Shown: piece by piece, positions 59,329 through 64,000 of the stretch
Position numbering within the stretch: position 1 is the first letter of the stretch
How the letters are laid out: every line of letters starts with the position of its first letter
DNA from: an uncultured Gemmatimonadales bacterium
Lineage (GTDB): Bacteria; Gemmatimonadota; Gemmatimonadetes; Longimicrobiales; Gaopeijiaceae
Assembly (NCBI GenBank): GCA_963809895.1
Contig: CAWELD010000010.1
Span: 832,001-896,000, forward strand
DNA: 64,000 nucleotides
Direction of reading: 5' to 3'
Made by a program: the position numbers and the translations under genes
Notes under the pieces: model-generated
The model's database searches: none
Told to the model about the DNA's origin: nothing
What the model saw: the letters and a program-made list of their open reading frames with translations, nothing else

Positions 59329-60105
59329 ATGGGAATGCGGAGGCACGTGCGGGGAGCGTTGATGGTCGGGGTCGCCCTGGCGGCTTGTGTGGGGTCGGCC
59401 CGCGGCCAGAGCGCCGTGGAGGTGCCGTTGCGGGTGGAGGACGGACGGCTCCTGGTGCCCGTGTCGGGACCGGGTGGTGAGGACCTCCACTTCATGCTGA
59501 GCACGGGATCGCTGGTGACGGTGCTTTCCGAGTCGGCAGCGGCGCGGCTGGGTGACGCGCCGAAGCTCGGCCTGGGCGGGTTGACCGTGCCCGTCGACGA
59601 AGCCGAGGTGATGCCGGACGCACAACTCACGGTGTCGGGTGAGGTCCTGGACGGGATGATCAGCTCCAACATGCTCAGCGCGTACGACGTGCTCATCGAC
59701 GCTCCGGGGGGCCGGCTCCTGCTCCAGCCCGTGGGGCCGTCGGTTCGCTGGGACGGCGTGGCGCTTTCGGAGCCGGTGCGGCTCAGGGTCTACCACGGGG
59801 TCGTGCTTGGACTGGACGTGACGCTGAACGGCGTCGCCATGCAGGCCATGCTGGAGCTGGGTGCCCCGGCCATATTGGCCAACGCCGCCGCCATGGAGGC
59901 GGCGGGTGTCGAGGGAGCAACCGGCGCGCTCCAGGTGGGTGACAGGTTGTTCACCGACGTGCCTGTCATGGTCAGTGATCATCCCGTCTTCGAGCGCTTC
60001 GCGGGCACGGGACAGGGCTTTCTGCTCGTGGGGGCGCCGCTCGCCAGGAACTGCCTCCTGGCCCTGAGCTGGGCTCACCAGGAGCTGAGGACGTGCCGGC
60101 CATGA
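59329..60105 (+). CDS. Secreted double retropepsin-like protein lacking catalytic Asp residues
   Basis: FMLSTGS and AMLELGA in place of LDTG; GMISSNML..VLID. Confidence 0.7.
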   Translation: MGMRRHVRGALMVGVALAACVGSARGQSAVEVPLRVEDGRLLVPVSGPGGEDLHFMLSTGSLVTVLSESAAARLGDAPKLGLGGLTVPVDEAEVMPDAQLTVSGEVLDGMISSNMLSAYDVLIDAPGGRLLLQPVGPSVRWDGVALSEPVRLRVYHGVVLGLDVTLNGVAMQAMLELGAPAILANAAAMEAAGVEGATGALQVGDRLFTDVPVMVSDHPVFERFAGTGQGFLLVGAPLARNCLLALSWAHQELRTCRP

Positions 60106-60428
60106 GTCAGGAATACCTGGGTGAGTTCGAACAGATGGTTCTCCTGGCGATCATGCGCCTGGGCGAGGAGGCCTACGGGCTGGCCATCAAGGACGAGTTG
60201 AAGGGGGTCGCCGGCCGGAATCCCTCGAGCGGCGCTCTCTACACGACGCTGGACCGCCTGGAGAAGAAGGGTCTGCTGGAATCCCGGCAGGGTGCGGCCT
60301 CGTCGGAGCGGGGCGGCCGGCCGCGTCGCTACGTGACGGTGACCCCGGAGGGTCGGGCGCTGCTGGCCCACGTGCGGGACACCCTGTTCGCTCTCTGGGA
60401 CGGCCTGGAAGGAGCGCTGGAGCCGTGA
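60102..60428 (+). CDS. PadR-family regulator (permease-associated type)
   Basis: LGEFEQMVLLAIMRL..YGLAI..GALYTTLDRLEKKG..RGGRPRRY. Confidence 0.95.
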   Translation: MSQEYLGEFEQMVLLAIMRLGEEAYGLAIKDELKGVAGRNPSSGALYTTLDRLEKKGLLESRQGAASSERGGRPRRYVTVTPEGRALLAHVRDTLFALWDGLEGALEP

Positions 60429-63026
60429 GCGCGCGGCGGCCTCCCCGATGGCTTGAACGGCTGGTGGAGCGCTCACTGCCGTCGGGGCTCTCGGCTCAGG
60501 GAGCGCTGGGCGATCTGGCCGAGGAATACCGGCAGCGTAGCGCCCGGTCCCGCTGGAGGGCGGCGCTCTGGTACGCCACCCAGGCCGGCTCCATCGCGGT
60601 CTATCGCCTCGTCAGGCGCGGTGGGGCGGACCGCGGATCGGACGCGCATCTGCTCGTCGACGTTCGGTGGGCCGCCCGGTTGATCTTCCGTCATCCGGGG
60701 TTCGCGCTCTCGGTCGTGGCCGTGCTCGGTCTGGGCCTCGGGGCCAATGCCGCCGTCTTCTCCGTGGTGGACGGGACGTTCCGCAACACGTCGTGGTGGC
60801 AGGCCCCGGAGAGGACGCTCTCGCTCTGGCAGGAGCGAGAGTTGTCGTTCGGAATGCTGGAGCTGTACCGGGAGGATCAGTCCGCCTATCGATCGCTGGG
60901 AGGCTACGCCGAGCAGGCCTACGCGGTGCGGAGGGCGGACGGCACGAGCCAGAGCGTCGAGGGCGTCGTCATCACCCCGGCGCTGTTCCGCGAGCTGGCG
61001 CGACAGCCCATGCGAGGTCGGGCCCTGGCGGATGACGACGCACGCCTGGGGGTCGAGCCGGTGGTGGTGGTGGGCGAAGGGCTCTGGCGGCGCTCGTTCG
61101 GAGCCGATCCGGCGCTGGTGGGCCGCACCATCGACGTCAGCGGGACGGCCGTGCGGGTCGTGGGAATCCAGCCGGCCGGTGCCCGCGCTCCGGGGGGGAG
61201 CACGGAGCTCTGGCTCCCGCTGGTCGTGGACCCGCGCACCGAGGACTACTTCCGGGCCCAGAACCTCACGGCGGTGGGGGTCCTCCGCGATGGGGCCGGT
61301 GTCGCCGACGCCCAGACAGGAACTGCTGGCCTTCGCGGGCCATCTGTCCGACCTCTTCCCCATGTTCTATCCCCCGGGGTTCGCCGACGGACAGGCTACG
61401 GTCGCGCGGGCCGACGAGACGCAGCGCCGTCTCATCGCCACGCCGCTCCTCCTGCTCCTCGGGGGCACGACGCTGCTTCTGCTGGTGACCGCACTCAATG
61501 TCGGGAATCTCCTCCTGGGGAGGGCGGTGGAGCGGCGGCGCGAGCTGGCCGTGCGCGCGGCCATCGGGGCCGGGCGTAGCCGCATCCTGCGGCAACTGCT
61601 GGTGGAAGGGGGGGTGCTCACCGTGCTGGCCGTGACGGTGGCGCTTCTGGGTGCCTGGCTCGGAGGGCCCTTGCTGGCGGGGCTGTTCGTGGGCGAGCGC
61701 GTGGTGACCGCCAGCTCGGTGTTCTCGCCTTCGGTGGCGGGCTTCGCACTCGTGGCGGCCGCGGCGTCCTGGGCCGTCCTGAGCGGGGTTCCGGCACTCC
61801 ACTACGTCCGCACACAGAGGCGGGGGCTCGAGCTGGCACCGTCGTCGGGGACGGGGATGCAGCGGGGGCTGGTGGTGGTGCAGGCCTCGCTGGCGACCCT
61901 TCTGCTGGTGTCCGCGACGCTGCTCGTGCGCACCGTGGACCAACTGCGCCAGGTACCGCTGGGCTTCGACAGCGAGGGGTTGCTGGCCGTCGCCCTCTCT
62001 CCTCCGGAGGACCGCGCCGACGACATGGCGCGGGCCCGGGAGCTCTACGACGGCCTCAGCGAGCGGGTGGCCCGGCTCGCCGGGGTGCGCGCCGTGGGCC
62101 TCACCGGATGGCTACCGCTTCGGGCCCAGGCGCCCACCACGCCCATCAATCTGGAGTCGGCCCCGGTGGATCCCGCGGAGGCGACCACGGCGCCGATGGA
62201 GAAGGTGGATCCGGGTTTCTTCGAGGCCTTCGGCGTGGAGCCGGTCGAGGGACGGCTCCTGGATAGCCGCGACCGGGAGGCCGGGCCCGGTGCCGTGGTG
62301 GTGAACCAGACGCTGGCGGACCAGCTATGGCCTGGCGGCACCGCGGTGGGTCAGCGGATCGCCATCGATCCCCACGCCTGGAACCGATGGGTCACCGTCG
62401 TGGGCGTGATTCCGGACATCCGCTCCGGTGAGATCACCGGGTCGCCGGGACCCGCGCTCTACGTGTCTCTGGCCGAGAGCCCGGCTCGGGACATCACGCT
62501 GGTGCTGCGGAGCTCGGAGCCTCTGACGGCCCTCGGCCCCGACATCCGCCGGATCGTCGGCGACATCGACCAACGCGTGCCCGTGGCCTCCATGACCCGC
62601 ATGGACGACGTGGTGAAGTCGGCCTATTCCGTGGCCTGGGTGATCATGGGATTGCTGGTGGTGCTGGCGGCGCTGGCGACGGGGCTGGGAGCCATCGGCA
62701 TCTATGCCGTCCTGGCGCATCACGTCGTGGCCCACCGCCGTGAGATGGGGGTGCGCCTGGCGCTGGGTGCCCGGCCCGCGGACATCGTCGGGGGCGTGGT
62801 GCGGTCCGGGTTGACGCTCGCCGTCTTCGGAGTGCTGATCGGCTCGGGGTTGGCGCTGCTCTCGGTCCGGTACCTGCAGTCCCTCCTCTTCCAGGTCTCG
62901 GCGCTCTCGCCATGGGCCTACGTCGCGCCCGCGCTGGGTCTGACGGCGGCCGCGGCGCTGGCTACCTGGCTGCCCGCGTTGCGCGCCGGGCGCCTTCCGC
63001 CCGCGGAGGTGCTGCGGAGCGAGTGA
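60425..63026 (+). CDS. Duplicated MacB/FtsX-type ABC permease (ADOP-like); apparent frameshift ~61318
   Basis: LGLGLGANAAVFS, NVGNLLL..RELAVRAAIGAG, GIYAVL..REMGVRLALGA, PALRA..VLRSE. Confidence 0.9.
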
Positions 63027-63036
63027 GGGGGGAGGT

Positions 63037-64000
63037 TCAGCTCGGCTCCACCACCACCCACAGTCCCTTGCCCGCGGGAACGTGGAGCGCGGACAGATCC
63101 ACCGTAGCACCCTCCTGGAGCCCGTCCACCGCGGGCGTTCGGGCCACGACGTTCGGGCCGAGACCCAGGGCGGCCCGGTCCAGAGACAGATCGAGAACCC
63201 GGTCCTGGTCGGACCAGGAGGCCAGGGCGATGAGGACCCGATCGGGGCGCACGTAGGTCGTGGCCAGAACGTCGTCCCGCCCGGTGCGCACAGGGGCGTC
63301 GTCCAGCCAGTAGCCCAGCATGCGACTGTCGGCGATGCCGAAGTCGTCCATCATGCGCCACACCGGCCGCGGGTCGGTGTCGCCGTATTTCCGGGCCGTC
63401 ATGCCGTACAGCATGCCGCGATAGGGACGGCCACCGTCCTGGAGCATCTCGCCCATGAGCCCGAAGGGCAGGCCCGACACCTCGGTCATCCAGTAGTCCG
63501 GCGCCTGCCCGTAGTCGAAATACTCGCCGAACCAGAGCCGCGAGATGTACGGGAAGTGCTCCATGTAGAGCATGGCGCTGTTGTTGTAGCCGTCCCGGGG
63601 GTTGAACTGGTTGGCCGAGTGCAGGTCGATGACCACCTCGGGACGCTCCTGGTAGAGGACCTCCACCATGCGCCGCACGGTGGCCCGATCGAAGGCGATG
63701 TCGTCCAGATAGAGCCCGTCGATGTGCTGGTTGTGGGCCAGCCAGCGCAGCCCTTCGACGTAGTAGTTGGTCCAGCGCGAGGTGCCCTTGTCCAGGATGG
63801 CGGCGTCGTCGGCGCTGTAGGCGCGCCAGCCGGCGTGGTAGTGGTCCTGGAGATGCTCCTGGAGCCAGGAGTAGCCACCGCCCTCGCCGTCGTTGAAGAT
63901 CTCGTGGCCCAGGCTCCGCAGTGGAAAGAGCTCGTAGGCCTTGTAGGTCAGCTCGCGGATCGTGTAGTAGAGCTTGACCTTGATCCCCTTCCGGTGGGCC
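63037..64000 (-). CDS. DUF6067-like putative glycoside hydrolase, partial (5' end beyond window)
   Basis: Open to the window edge: VKLYYTIREL, GGYSWLQEHL, SRWTNYYVEG, IDGLYLDD, IDLHSANQ, LWFGE, GEMLQ. Confidence 0.82.
   Translation of the reverse strand, partial: AHRKGIKVKLYYTIRELTYKAYELFPLRSLGHEIFNDGEGGGYSWLQEHLQDHYHAGWRAYSADDAAILDKGTSRWTNYYVEGLRWLAHNQHIDGLYLDDIAFDRATVRRMVEVLYQERPEVVIDLHSANQFNPRDGYNNSAMLYMEHFPYISRLWFGEYFDYGQAPDYWMTEVSGLPFGLMGEMLQDGGRPYRGMLYGMTARKYGDTDPRPVWRMMDDFGIADSRMLGYWLDDAPVRTGRDDVLATTYVRPDRVLIALASWSDQDRVLDLSLDRAALGLGPNVVARTPAVDGLQEGATVDLSALHVPAGKGLWVVVEPS

Overview
High-GC bacterial chromosomal segment. Gene content suggests Gemmatimonadota (inference): three Hanks Ser/Thr kinases, two PadR + duplicated orphan permease pairs, a kinase-linked ECF sigma factor, a PEP-CTERM protein and many secreted peptidases. 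From left to right: (1) the end of an exosortase/PEP-CTERM-type exopolysaccharide locus (AsnB-like, FemAB-like, deacetylase, LMW-PTP), a divergent VanZ / TonB-dependent-like barrel / lipoprotein operon, an HpsJ-like membrane protein and a PEP-CTERM gene; (2) a stand-alone tRNA-Ile(GAT); (3) a mosaic of kinases, peptidases, a nucleotidyltransferase TA-like pair, an AbiEi-DUF559 gene, PadR and ECF modules; (4) an atypical chaperone-usher-like pilus locus with sigma54 promoters at both ends, tandem TGT-N11-ACA sites and an orphan sigma54 activator; (5) glycosyltransferases, a pseudo-aspartyl protease / PadR / permease operon and a partial DUF6067-like hydrolase. Seven clear frameshifts and one possible frameshift all look like single extra bases, which suggests insertion-biased sequencing error rather than pseudogenes. 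No CRISPR array, rRNA, integrase or transposase was seen. All family calls come from motif recognition by eye, not from database searches.
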